Translations under genes and position numbers: made by a program
Assembly (NCBI GenBank): GCA_038087875.1
Contig: CM075995.1
Location: 2,916,001 to 2,980,000 of the forward strand
DNA length: 64,000 bases
Direction: 5' to 3'
Origin: Malacoraja senta
Lineage: Eukaryota
Notes under the pieces: model-generated
What the model was told of the DNA's origin: nothing
The model's input: only the letters and a program-made list of their open reading frames with translations
The model's database searches: none
Shown: in pieces, positions 1-12,402 of the stretch
Numbering within the stretch: position 1 is the stretch's first letter
Layout of the letters: every line of letters begins with the position of its first letter

Positions 1-175
1 GCAGGCACCCCACTGCCTCCTGTTGGAGGCCCACAGCTAATGACAGCTACTGTATTGAGCAGGAAGGAACTACAGTTTTTACCGAAGACAGACATCAACG
101 GGTCAGGCAGAACTGGAATAGGTGGCGTTTCGGGTCAGAAACCTTCTTCAGACTGAAAGACAGAGAAGGCCAGCG

Positions 176-445
176 GGTGGCACGGTGGCGCAGCGGTAGA
201 GTTGCCGCCTTACAGTGCCAGATAACCGTGTTCAACCCTGACTACGGGTGCTGTCTGTACGGAGTTTGTACGTTCTCCCCGTGACCTGTGTGGGTTTCCT
301 CTGACATCTTCGGTTTCCTCCCACACTCCAAAGACGTACAGATTTGTGGTTTACTCGGCACGGACTTAGTCAGGCCGAAGCGCTTGTTTCTGTGCTGTAT
401 CTCTAAACGAAACGAAACGAAATTAAACTAAACAAAACAGAACAA
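176..445 (+). mobile_element. tRNA-derived V-SINE (HE1-like), internally deleted
   Basis: GGTGGCGCAGCGGTAGAG A-box head, GTTCAACC B-box-like motif, V-domain GGAGTTTGTACGTTCTCCCCGTG...TTTCCTCCCACACTCCAAAGAC, TAAAC-type tail. Confidence 0.85.
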
Positions 446-469
446 AACCAGGATTTGGTCTATGCGATC

Positions 470-925
470 TCGAAGGTTGCCAAGCATTTTAACTCCCCTT
501 CCCATTCCCACGCTGTCCCAGGCCTCCCCCACTGGTAGAGTGAGGCCACATGCAAATTGGAGGAACTGCACCTCGTATTTCTCTTGCGCAGCTTACAACG
601 CAGTGGTATGAACAATGATTTCACATAACTCCTGCATACCCTTCCCCCCCCACGTCCCCCACCCCCGCTCCTCACCTCCCCCACCCTAGTCATGCTACTA
701 GTTCCACTGTTTGCATCCTTGTGTCATTCTCTTTAGCACATATTCCCCAGTCAACAATGGACCATTGTGGACTCCACCCTTCCTGAGGTCATCTGTTGCC
801 GACCCTGTTTTGGTCTGGCCTTCTCTATCTTTCGGCCTGAAGAAGGGTTCCGAGCCGAAACATCACCTCTTCCTCTTCTCCAGAGATGCTGACTGACCCG
901 TTGAGATATTCCAGCATTTTGTGTC
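470..925 (+). mobile_element. Penelope-like element 3' fragment (GIY-YIG C-terminus plus pLTR)
   Basis: Degenerate HFNSPSHS...KLEELHL translation, followed by CTGAAGAAGGGTTCCGAGCCGAAACATC and the CCAGAGATGCTG...CCAGCATTTTGTGTCT tail. Confidence 0.75.
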
Positions 926-2507
926 TATTTGTCGCTACCATATTGCGCTCCTTTAAAAGCACACGGCGAATGTAGGCGTGCGATTTTCTTAGTGAACATC
1001 TTTTTGCTGCATGTTATCCAGTCAGCGAAAATACTATACGTGATTACAATCAAGCCGTCTACAGTGTACAGATACAGGGCGATGGATATAACGTCCAGTA
1101 AAGGCCCAATAAATTGCAAGATAAAAGTGCAATAAAGTTCAAGATAAAGTCCAGTTACATGTATAGGACAGGTTTAGAGAGATATGGACCAAGTGCAGAG
1201 AAGTGGGACTAGGGTAGCTGGGACATTGTTGGCCAGTGTGGGGGGGTTGGGCTGAAGAGCCTGCTTCCACACTGTATCACTCTATGACTCTCTATGACTC
1301 TATGACTAAGTCTGATTAATGATAGTTTGAAGGTCTCTCGTGAGGTAGATGGGAGGTCAGTTGGTGATAGGACAGTTTGGTTTAGTTGCTTGATAACAGC
1401 TGGAAAGAAACTGGAGGTGTGCATTTTCACACTTCTACGCCGCTTGCCTGATGGGAGAGGGGAGAAGAGGGCCTGAGTGTGGTCCTTGATTTCTGCTGGT
1501 GGCACTGCCGAAGGCAACGTGAAGTGTAGGTGGAGTCAATGGAAGAGAGGTGCAAGACCACACTTAGGGTATTGTGTTCGGTTGTGTTTGGTTTTGGTCA
1601 CCCTGTTATGGGAAAGAAGTTGTTAAGCTGGAAAGAATGTAGAAACGCTTCTACCACGTGTGCAGGATGTTGCCAGGACTTGAGGGCCTATGCAATAGGG
1701 AGAGGTTGAGCAGGTTTAGGTTTATTCCTTGGAGCGCAGAGGATGAGGGTTGTACAAGATCATGAGAGAAATAGATAGGGTAAATGCACAGAGTCTCTTG
1801 CCCAGAGTAGGGGATTGAGAATAGGAAACCAAGGGACAACAATTTTACACAAAAGGTGGTGGTTGTATGAAACAAGCTGCCAGAGGAGGTGGTTGAGGTA
1901 GATATTATGGCAACAATTAAGAAACTTTAGCCAGGTGCATGGACAGGATAGGTTTAGAGGGATTATGGGCCAATTGTAGGCAGATAGGACGAGTGTAGAT
2001 GAAACATGTATGTCGTTTATTTAACATATTATCTTGCTTTCTGGTGTGGGTTCATTTTATTCTTATGATGCGAAAATGTTATTTAGGCCCCCATACGAAT
2101 CGGCCATGTCTTGCCTGCCGATATGTGCTTAAAATCTATGGCAATGGCAACATTCCAATCGATCACATTCCAGAAACATCCACTCTCAAGACAATCAAAT
2201 TCATTATTTTTTTGCACAATCATGTCATAAGAACGTCTGAATCGTCTATATTTTGTGTTATTGTCTATCCATGATCAATTTTCATACTAAATATCCAAAG
2301 TACAGTTTTAGTCAGATGTATTGTGCAAAAAATTATGATTTTAATTATCTTGAGAATGGATGTTTCTGGATTAATTTATGGGAATTAAACATTAAATTCC
2401 TTCCATTTGGCAGATAAATTCATGACAAAGTGAGATTTAAAAATCATGTTATATTGTGAATTCTTGTGTGAATGGGCTCAGTTTGTTATTTGTTATTTGG
2501 ATACTTA

Positions 2508-2966
2508 AGGGCCTGTCCCACCAGCATGTGACTGCATGCGGCTAGCGCGACCTAACGTGGTCGCTTGAGCCATACGGCCTCGCGGGGCCGGTCCCACTTC
2601 GATCGCCGGAGCCGTATGGAGTTGTGCGGAGAGGGTCCCGACATCGTGCGGGGCTCCGAAAAACTGACACTGTTCAAAAATTCCACGCGGCAATGGCCTG
2701 CCGGCCCGCAGCCGCCTCGACACCGTACGCACCGCCTCGACGGGCATGCGCACCGCCTCGACGGGCGTGCGCAGCGTCTCGACACCGTACGCAGCGTCTC
2801 GACGCCGTACGCAGCGTCTTGACGCCGTACGTCACGCGCGAACTTCCCGCGGACTTCGCTCGAACTTCACGTCACTCACTCGACCACTGCGCGGCCCCCG
2901 CGCATCCCCCGCTTCCGGTTTGGTCGCACTTGCCGCATGCAGTCGCATGCCCGTGGGACAGGCCCT
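2508..2966. mobile_element. PIF/Harbinger MITE
   Basis: TIRs AGGGCCTGTCCCAC / GTGGGACAGGCCCT; TTA TSD at 2505-2507 and 2967-2969; CpG-rich interior with ~20-22 bp tandem repeats. Confidence 0.9.
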
Positions 2967-3226
2967 TTAGGCTATTTAAAATGTTTAGCCTTTTCTTAAG
3001 GAATGGATAGATGTTTACATCTAGTAATTGAATTTAGATGAATATATTTGATTATATGAATTTAATTGATTTGATGAAACTGATGAATATGAATTTTTTG
3101 TTGGGTATTTACTATTTGTTTTAGCATTTAACTTTATCATTTCTACCTCTTTTTCTAAAACTGCAAATAATAACTTGTTTCTGTTAATGCTGTTCAGTGT
3201 TTTTTCATTCTTTACATTTTAAACAG

Positions 3227-3576
3227 ATGTCTCCGAAGAAGAAATACTAAATTGTCAATCCAAATGCCCAGCAAAAGAGACTGATTTAGAAACATTCGCA
3301 GAGATTACCCGAATTTGGACTACTCCAAATGTGATGATCTACAGGACATTCTTAATGGGAAAGTAGTGAGCAAAAAGGCATGTCGTGCATGGTTTGAAGA
3401 GCAAAAACTTGTAGTTTACAATGCCAAAATGGAAATGTTGAGGAGAAACAGTGTACAGAGTTGCTTATTGGTTACAATCTGAGGAGTATGATGATACTAC
3501 TGATTATGATAAGCCAATGTACCAGCTAGCAACTGATCTTCTCCATAAAGACTTGGTCTTTTGCAAGAAATTGTAA
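3227..3576 (+). pseudogene. Degenerate terminal exon of a probable transposon-encoded protein
   Basis: TTTTAAACAG acceptor; frameshifted reading RDYPNLDYSKCDDLQDILNGKVVSKKACRAWFEEQKLVVYNAKMEMLRR / TVYRVAYWLQSEEYDDTTDYDKPMYQLATDLLHKDLVFCKKL*. Confidence 0.45.
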
Positions 3577-4589
3577 TTTATTTACCTGTCTGTTACGGAC
3601 CTACAGCATATAATACAGTAATATTAAAGTTCTGATCTTGAGAATATCACATTTTTGAATTTTCAAGGCAGTCTGGGTGTCCGTCACAACGGTCAATTAG
3701 CTACAATTAGGTAACTAACTAATTATATGCTTTAATTTCAGGTCATCCAAGTAAGATGTTTCATATTTGTTTCAGAATGCTTCAATCTATAATAACTGAA
3801 AATTTCATTCGGTTCTCTTAATCTTTAAGAAAGCTATGGGCTTTTGACTGTCATCGATCACAGCTTTTGTGTTAAGTCAATGGAAAAGCAAAAGGGAACA
3901 AGATGCTAATTTCCGAGCATTAAAATGACTATAACTTCTTTAATACTGAAGATATGAAAGTGAATTAGGTATCACATTAAAGTTCTTTATGCTTTGTCTG
4001 ATGGGATAAATTACAGGCTTGATTATAAAAATCTCAAAATTTTGTAACATTCCTATATATTGTAGCCCTCTTGAAATATCTATCATTTCCTTTCAAGTTT
4101 TGTTGACACAAAGGGTGGTGGGTGCTTGGATCGTGCTGCCATGGGTGGCGGTGTAAGTGGTATTTAAGAGGCTTTTAGATAGGCACATGAGCGTGCAGAG
4201 AATGGAGGGATATGGGCCATGAACAGGCTGATGAGATTAGTTTGTGTTGGCCTCGTGTTTTGCACAGATGGTGGGGGCCGAAGGGCCTGTTCCTGTGCTG
4301 TACCGTTCAATGTTTTATGTTCACTCTAGACCCAAGCGTTGACTATTCGTTTCCCTTTGCTTCAGTTCAGTTCAATTCAGTTTAGGTTATTGTCATGTGT
4401 ACCGAGGTACAGTGAAAAGCTTCTTGTTGCATTCCAGTGGAAACATCCTCCCCACATCTAATAGCTTTCCCAAATGTGGACCGTCTAACCCCAGATATAC
4501 AGCAAGTTGATTGGGGGTAACATCATGGAGTACTTCTTCACATCCAGGCTAGCAGGAATCTGAAACTCGTTCCCCAATGCAACTGAACC

Positions 4590-5225
4590 AAAGGATAGAG
4601 TGGATGCGGAGAGGATGCTTCCACCAGTGGGAGAGTCCAGAACTAGAGGTCATAGAATTAAAGCACGTTCTTTTCGGAAGGAGATGCGGATAAATTTCTT
4701 TTGTCGGAGGGTGGTGAGTCTGTGGAATTCTTTGCCACAGAAGGCTGTGGAGGCCAAGTCAGTGGATATTTTGTAAGGCAGAGATAGATAGATTCTTGAT
4801 TAGGATGGGTGTCAGGGATCATGGGGAGAAGACAGGAGAATGGGTTTAGGAAGGAGAGATAGATCAGCCACGATTGAATGGCAGAGTAGACTTAATGGGC
4901 CGAATGGCCTAATTTTGCCCCTATCACATGACCTTATGATCTGCGGGTCATCTTGTTCTATTGTACGGAGCTCCAGACTTTAACAGGAATTCTCTGCCTC
5001 AGTGGAATTCTCTGCCTCAGAGGGCGATGGAGGCCGGTTCTCTGGATGCATTCATGAGAGAGCTAGACCGAGCTCTTAAAGATAGCGGAGTCAAGGGATA
5101 TGGGGAGAGGGCAGGAACGGGGTATTGATTATGGATGATCAGCCATGATCACAATGAATGGCAGTGTTGGCTCGAGGGGCATAATGGCCTTCTCCTGCAC
5201 CTATTGACTATTGTTTATTGTCTAT
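4590..5225 (+). mobile_element. Two CR1 LINE 3' fragments
   Basis: GESRTRGH...RVVSLWNSLP-type coding, and 3' UTR GATCAGCCATGAT...GAATGGC...CTCCTGCACCTATTG. Confidence 0.85.
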
Positions 5226-5899
5226 AGGACTTCTTCTTTTTTTTATTTGACTGGAAATCTTTCAGCGCGACCATTGGAGACGTCCTCTTCGTTGGCTTGT
5301 AAAACTCTGTCAGACTGCTACGTGTTCCATCTGACTGCAGAGCGGAGTCTGGTCTTCCCAGTGATGATGGCGTAACATGTTTTAGCAGCTGCTCTCCGCT
5401 GCTCCCAGCCTCTGCCTTGTACGCCGGGTAATTGACTTCGCTCCACCAGAGGCTTCCAACGGCCGTACTTAAAATGTGCTTAATCTGCATCCTGCTGAAA
5501 TGAATGGGAAGTGGAGCCCAGTAAATTGGTGTGTGTCTTGGCACTCGGACACCAGCAGCAGACCAGGGCCGCATTCTGGGACGCATCCAGGCAGCCCGGA
5601 TCAAAGCCAGCTCGGACTGTCACTGAGATCGCGGTGAAAGCAGCAGTGGTCCTTTGAAAACCTCGCGATCTCGTCGCCAGGCTTCGTAATGCAGAGAGAG
5701 TGAGAGGGAGAGAGAGAGAGAGAGAGAAGATTAAAAAATCCAGTCGTTTACAGATTTCCTGTTTAAACAGCGGTGATGAGCAATGAACCATCTGTGCCAA
5801 GAAGCACAGGGGATTGGCATTGCCTTTAATGTATTTTTAATTGTAGGAATGAAGGATGATGAGACTTTTACAGCACGGCTGTTTCAGTGCACGGCCTAG

Positions 5900-6150
5900 G
5901 AAGGAACTGCAGATGCTGGTTTCAACCGAAGGTAGACACAAAATGCTGGAGTAACTCAGCGGGACAGGCAGCATCTCTGGAGAAAAGGAATAGGTGACAT
6001 TTTGGGTCGAGACCCTTCTTCAGACCCTTCTATATCCCTCGTTTCCCTTTCCCCTGAGTCTGAAGAAGGGTCTTGACCCGAAACGTCACCTATTTCTTTC
6101 TCTCCAGAGATGCTGTCCCACCCACTGAGTTACTCCAGCTTTTTGTGTTT
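5900..6150. repeat. Inverted pair of Penelope pLTR termini
   Basis: ACACAAAATGCTGGAGTAACTCAGC...GACCCTTCTTCAGAC followed by its reverse complement GTCTGAAGAAGGGTC...GAGTTACTCCAGC. Confidence 0.75.
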
Positions 6151-6670
6151 TCCTCCTGTTTCAGGGCATTTATGGGTGAATTACCAATCTTGTGTAGGAA
6201 GGAACTGCAGATACTGGTTTATACCGAAGATGTATCATGTACATCAGTGGATGGATCGATTGTAATCATGTGTTGTCTTTCCGCTGACTGGTTCGCACGT
6301 AACAATTTTTTTCACTGTACCCCCGGTACACGTGACAATAAACTAAAGTCAACTCAAGACAGACAAAGTGCTGGAGTACCTCAGCAGGTCAGATAGCATG
6401 TCTGAAGAAAAGGAATAGGTGACATTTCTGGATGGAATCCTTTTTCAGACTGAAAGATTCTTGGTTAGTATAGGTGTCAGAGGTTATGGGGAGAAGGCAG
6501 GAGAATGGGGTAAGGAGGGAGAGATAGATCAACCATGATTGAATGGCGGAGTAGACTCGATGGGACGAATAGCCTAATTCTACTCCTATTCCTTAAGACC
6601 TTATGACCTTAAGATAGAGAAGGCCAGAACAAATCAGGGCCAGCAACAGATGACCTCAGGAAGGGTGGAG

Positions 6671-7127
6671 ACGCTCAAAATGTGGATTGCAAGTATGTTG
6701 GATACCGCACATCTTGAGGAAATGCGATTCCTCCTAATAGATAAACTTGACCAATTCATAACGAGTTGGTCTCCATTTGTCGTCTTTTTGGAAACATATG
6801 GTGCAAAACAGGTGTAAAAGCTAATCCGTGACTGCGGATGGTCAAGATTATAAATGATCTCCTTCTATTTTCTTTTCTTCTCTTCTCTTCTTTTATTCTC
6901 TTTCTTCTATTTTCTATGTCTCAACTTTGTTTTTTCATTCTTTATTTTTCTTTTTCACACACTATATATCTCACATTTTTCTATTTTTCATTATCTAACT
7001 TTTTTCTTTTTCTTCTTTATTTCAATTTTTTTTTTTAAATAAGAAGCTGTACATAAAAGGTATTATGAAAATATGATTGTATACAATTGTACTTACTTCT
7101 AATAAAATTAAAATATTTAAAAAAAAG
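6671..7127 (+). mobile_element. 5'-truncated L1 LINE (ORF2 C-terminus, 3' UTR, polyA)
   Basis: TLKMWIASMLDTAHLEEMRFLLIDKLDQFITSWSPFVVFLETYGAKQV* (6671-6817), T-rich UTR, AATAAA and A-tail; 12-bp TSD GGAAGGGTGGAG at 6659-6670 and 7128-7139. Confidence 0.85.
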
Positions 7128-7799
7128 GGAAGGGTGGAGTCCACAATGGTCCATGGTTGGCTGGGGAAGATGTGCTGACGAGAGGGATACGAGGATGTGA
7201 ATAGGGGAACTAGTAGGCCGACTATCAAGGGGGAGGAGGCGGAAGAGAGGGGGGAAAGGAAGACAGGGGTTACTTGAAATTAGAGAAGTCAACATTCACA
7301 CTGCTGGTGCAAGAAAGAACTGCAGATGCTGGTTTAAATCAAAGGTAGACACAAAATGCTGGAGTAACTCAGCGGGTGAAGGATTTGGCGACGTTTCGGG
7401 TCAAGACCCTTCTTCACACTGCTGGATTGTAGGATGAGCAAGCAAAATATGAGGTGCTGTTCCTATAATTTGCCTTTGACATCGCTCTGACAGTGGAGGA
7501 GGCACAGGAAAGAAATGTTGGTATGGGAATGGGATGGCGAGTTAAATTATTTGGCAACTGGGGGATCGCCTAGGCCAAGGCAGACCCTGATGTGTTCTGG
7601 TTTGTTCTGACCTTCTCTATCTTTCAGTCTGAGGAAGGGTTCTGACACAAAACATTACCGATCTATTTCTCCAGAGATGCTGCCTGATCTGCTGAGTTTG
7701 TGTCTTCTCTACGTATATTCAGCTCTTTACAATTCTCATCATGTTGCTATCTCTATGGCCCTCACCCTCTCTATCACTGTGACCTGTTCCACAAGTTCA

Positions 7800-8370
7800 T
7801 AAGCTCATCAAGTTTACTCCGCCATTCAATCACGGCTAATCTATCTTTCCCTCTCAACCCCATTCTCCTTCCTTCTCCCCATAGCCTTTGACGCCCCAAC
7901 TAATCAAGAACTTGTCAATCTCTGTATTAAAAATACCCAATCACTTGGCCTTCACAACCATCTGTGGCACAGATTCAACATCCACTGATGAAAGAAATTC
8001 GTCCATCTTCGTAAAGGTACATCCTTTCATTCTGAGGCTGTGCCCTCTTGTCCCAGACCCTCCCACTAGTGGTAACATCCTCTCTGCATCCACTTTATCC
8101 AGGCCTTGTACTATTCGGCAAGTTTCAATGTGGTCCCCCGTCACCCATCTTAATTCCAGTGAGTACAGGCCCAGTGCCATCAAATGCTCATCAGACGTTA
8201 ACCCAATCAGCCCTAGGATCATTTCTGTAATCCTCCTCTGGACCCTCTCCAAGGCCAGCACATTGCTCCTCGGGTACGTGGCCCAAAACTGTTCGCCATA
8301 CTCCAAATGCAGCCTGACCAGTGTATTATAAAACCTCAGCATTACATCCCTGTTTTTATATTCGAGTGCT
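7800..8370 (-). mobile_element. CR1 LINE 3' fragment
   Basis: ORF 7941-8342: LYNTLVRLHLEY-like ...LERVQRR...LGLYSLE...TRGHSL. Confidence 0.9.
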
Positions 8371-8564
8371 CTCTAAATAAGTTCCAGCCCTGTGAACTTC
8401 GGTGTTCTTTCAGTTCTGGGCTCCTGGTGGCCATGACGGCAGCTGTCCGTAGCCACAAGCTGGAATTCCCACATAAGTATAACCACATCTCTAAATGGGG
8501 AAGAAAGAGACAGACAAGGAACTGCAGATGCTGGAATCTTGAGTAAAATACAAAGTGCAGAAGG

Positions 8565-8892
8565 GGCGGCACGGTGGCGCAGCGGTAGAGTTGCTGCTTA
8601 CAGCGCTTACAGTGCCAGAGACCCAGGCTCGATCCTGACTACTGGTGCTGTCTATATACGGAGTTTGTATGTTCTCCCCCTGTACGCGTGGGTTTTCTCC
8701 GAGATCTTCGGTTCCCTCCCACACCCCAAAGACGTACACCCCAAAAGTGTAGGTTAATTGGCTTGGTATAAATGTAAAAATTATCCCTATTGCTTGTAGC
8801 GTGCCTGTAATGTGCGGGGATCGCTGGTTGGTAAGGATTCGATGGGCCGAAGGGCCTGTTTCCGCGCTGTATCTCTAAACTAAACTAAACTC
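8565..8892 (+). mobile_element. V-SINE (HE1-like), full length
   Basis: tRNA head, V-domain, GGGCCGAAGGGCCTGTTTCCGCGCTGTATCTC(TAAAC)n tail. Confidence 0.9.
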
Positions 8893-8992
8893 AACGGGTC
8901 AGGCAGCATCTGTGGAGGGAACCTCTGAGGATCTGAAGAAGGGTCCTGACCCGACACGTCGCTTGTCTATTCCCTCCAGGGATGCTGCCTGA

Positions 8993-9452
8993 GGGACCAG
9001 TGGAGCGTCCCTTGTAGCCAGGGTCCGGAGGGCAAGGAGCACCGCCACCCCACCTCGGGTCCGTAGGGGGAGGAGTGGCTCTGCTGTCAGCGATCGAAGG
9101 ACTGGTGACGGGATCTAGGGAGAGGGCAGGGCCGAAGATGTCCTGGTTGGGTTGCTCCTAGGCCTGGCCTAGCTGGCCATCCGCGAGTCACGGCGCCAGG
9201 CGGAAGAGAGCTTTGCCCGAGCCGAATGCTTGCCCCTTTTCCGGGGTTACGTCCGCGCCAGGGTGGTGTTAGAGAGGGACATAGTTGTATAGTGGTTATT
9301 AGTATATTTGTAACATCGTTGTTTGGAATTTAGTGTCTGAATAATTTGGTGATTCTGTAATATGGTGGCGGGTCTGTCACCACGTGTTTTTTGTTTTTTT
9401 TGTTTTTGTATCGTGACCGTTATCAAATAAATTATTTTTGATACAAAAAAAA
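8993..9452 (+). mobile_element. Tx1/L1-clade LINE 3' fragment
   Basis: GRAEDVLVGLLLGLA*LAIRESRRQ...CLPLFRGYVRARVVLERD (~9126-9280), AATAAA and A-tail; TSD AGGGATGCTGCCTGA at 8978-8992 and 9453-9467. Confidence 0.8.
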
Positions 9453-9944
9453 AGGGATGCTGCCTGAATCATTGAGTTACTCCAGCCATTTGTGTTTTAC
9501 TCTTCGCGGGCCAGGTTCAGTCATTGAACCTTGCCCAATGAAGTCATATAAAGTACTTTGCTGTGTAATAAAAACAACTATGATGCTGGAAGCGGGGAAG
9601 GCAGCATATCTGACCGTATGCCTGTGTTTCCAAAATTTTCTGCGTTTTATTTCAGATCATGAGAGGAATAGTTGAGGTAAATGGACAAAGTCTCTTGCCT
9701 GGAATAAGGGAATCTAGAACCAGAGAACATAGCTTTAAGGTGAGAGGGGAATGATTTAATAGGAACCTGAAGGGCAGCTTTTTTACACAAAGGGTGGTGG
9801 GTGTGTGGAACGAGCTGCCGCAGGAGGTATTTGAGACAGGTAGTATCACAATGTTTAAGAAATATTTAAACAGGGACATGGATAGGACAGGTTTAGAGGG
9901 ATATGGGCCAAATCAGGCAGGTGGGCGAGTGTAGATGGGACCAA

Positions 9945-12120
9945 GAAACATTAAAAATAGGTGCAGGAGGAGGCCATTCGACCCTTCGAGCCAGCACCAC
10001 CATTCATTGTGATCATGGCTGATCATCCACAATCAGTAACCCGTGCCTGCCTTCTCCCCATATCCCTTGATTCCGCAAGCCCCAAGAGCTCTATCTAACT
10101 CTCTTTCAAATTCATCCAGCAAATTGGCCTCCACTGCCTTCTGTGGCTGAGAATTCCACAAATTCACAACTCTCTGGGTGAAAAGGTTCATCCTCATCTC
10201 AGTTTTAATTGGCCTCCACTTTATTCTTAGACTGTGGTCCCTGGTTCTGGACTACCCCAACATTGGGAACATTTTTCCTGCATCTAGCTTGTCCAGTCCT
10301 TTTATAATTTTATATGTTTCTATAGGATATCCTCTCATCCTTCTAAATTCCAGTGAATACAAGCCCCGTCTTTCCAATCTTTCCTCATATGACAGTCCCG
10401 CCATCCCAGGGATTAACCTCGTGAATTTATGCTGCACTCCCTCAATAGCAAGGATAACCTTCCTCAAATTAGGAGACCAAAACTGCACACAATACTCCAG
10501 ATGTGGTCTCACCAGGACCCTGTACAACTGCAGAAGGACATCTTTACTCCAATACTCAAATCCTCTCGTTATGAAGGCCAACATGCCATTAGCTTTCTTC
10601 ACTGCCTGCTTCACCTGCATGTTTACTTTCAGTGACTGATGTACAAGGACACCCAGGTCTCGTTGCACTTCCCTTTTTCCCAACCTGACACTACTGAGAT
10701 AATAATCTGCCTCCTTGTGCTTGCCTCCAAAATGGATAACCTCACATTTATCCACATTATACTGCATCTGCCATGCATTTGCCCACTCACTCAACCTGTC
10801 CAAGTCATCCTGCAACATCCTAGCATCCTCTTCGCAGTTCATACTGCCACCCAGCTTTGTGTCATCTGCAAATTTCCTAGTGTTATTTTTAATTCCATCA
10901 TCTAAATCATTAAAGTATATTGTAAATAGTTGCGGCCCTAGCACCGAGCCTTGCGGTACTCCACTCGCCACTGCCTGCCATTCTGACAGGGACCTGTTTA
11001 TTCCTACGCTTTGTTTCCTGTCTGCCAACCAATTCTCTATCCAAGTCAATGCCCTACCCCCAATACCATGTGCTCTAATTTTGCCCACTAACTTCCTGTG
11101 GGACCTTATCAAAGGCTTCCTGAAAGTCCAGATACACTACATCCACTGGCTCTCCTTCATCTATTTTACTTGTCACATCCTCAAAAAATTCCAGAAGATT
11201 AGTCAAGCAGGATTTCCCCTTCATAAATCTATGCTGACTTGGACCAATCCTTTTACCGCTATCCAAATGCGCCGTTATTACCTCTTTAATAATTGACTCC
11301 AGCATCTTCCCCACCACCGATGTCAGGCTAATTGGTCTATAATTCCCCGTTTTTCTCTCTCGCTCCTTTCTTGAAAAGTGGGATAAAATTAGCTATCCTC
11401 CAATCCACAGTACCTGATCCTGAATCTATAGAACATTGGAAAATGATCACTAATGCGTCCACGAATTCTAGAGCCACCTCCTTGTGTACCCTGGGGTGCA
11501 GACCATCAGGCCCTGGGGATTTATCAGCCTTCAGTCCAATCAATCCCATAATACTATTTATTGCCTAATGCAAATTTCTTTCAGTTCCACTGTCTCCCTA
11601 GATCCTCTGTCCTCTAGTACACTTGGGAGATTGTTTGTGTCTTCCTTAGTGAAGACAGAACCAAAGTACATGTTCAACTCTTCTGCCATTTCCTTGTTCC
11701 CCATAATAATTTCACCTGTTTCTGCCTTCAAGGGACCCACATTTGTCTTTACTAATCTTTTTCTCTTCATACCTAAAGAAGCTTTTACTGTACTTCTTTT
11801 TTATTCTTGGCGAGCTTACCTTCGTACTTCATCTTTTCACCCCGTATTGCACTTTTTGTTACCTTCTGTTGTCCTTTGAAAGTTTCCCAATTCTCTGACT
11901 TCCCGCTACTCTTTGCTATGTTATACATCTTTTCTTTTAGTTTTATACTGTCCCTAACTTCCCTTGTCAGCTACGGTTGCCTCTTACTCCCCTTAGAATC
12001 TTTCTTCCTCTTTGGAATGAAATGATCCTGCATCTTCTGGATTATGCCCAGAAATTTAGTGCCATTGCTGTTCCACCATTATTCCTGCTAGGATCCTTTT
12101 CTGGTCAACCTTGGCCAGCT
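9945..12120 (-). mobile_element. CR1 LINE, ~2.2 kb, frameshifted reverse transcriptase (ORF2)
   Basis: [53 protein letters not shown] and [13 protein letters not shown] motifs split over several frames; 3' UTR at ~9945-10050. Confidence 0.95.
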
Positions 12121-12402
12121 CCTGAGGTTATCCAGTTGCCTCTCCAGTTCCCTAACACGGAGCTGAACCTGGACGCACTTTCCACAGCTGTAGCAGCCAG
12201 AGATACCATCAGTGTCCCTGACCTCCCACATCCTGCCAGCATCGCACTGAGTCAGCTTGCCTGTCATTTATTCATTGCATCGCACCCTCTCCAACTTTTG
12301 GCGTAGTCTCCTCGCCTCAGCCTCCTTGCCAAAGACTCCCGAGCCAAAGACTTGCACTTTTCTCACAAGACTCTCGAGTCAAAGACTCATACCTTTCTCA
12401 CA

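Larger units (their letters stand above)
2000..4055. mobile_element. AT-rich putative DNA transposon remnant, unclassified; left boundary uncertain
   Basis: Abrupt AT-rich block ending in ...TTTGTAACATTCCTA; contains a splice-acceptor-preceded degenerate reading frame (3227-3576) and hosts a Harbinger MITE. Confidence 0.45.

Noticed and set aside
2505..3010. Cluster of Arg/Ala-rich ORFs resembling a CpG-island gene or bacterial DNA
   Set aside because: Bounded by Harbinger TIRs and TSD; the ORFs come from GC-rich internal tandem repeats
6838..7042. Hydrophobic Phe-rich ORFs resembling membrane proteins
   Set aside because: T-rich 3' UTR of the L1 insertion
8565..8645. tRNA genes at SINE heads
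   Set aside because: A/B boxes run directly into the V-domain and LINE-derived tail; these are SINEs
10178..11296. Plus-strand ORFs of 153 and 193 aa (also 53789-54250 and 62708-63175)
   Set aside because: Antisense shadows of CR1 reverse transcriptase
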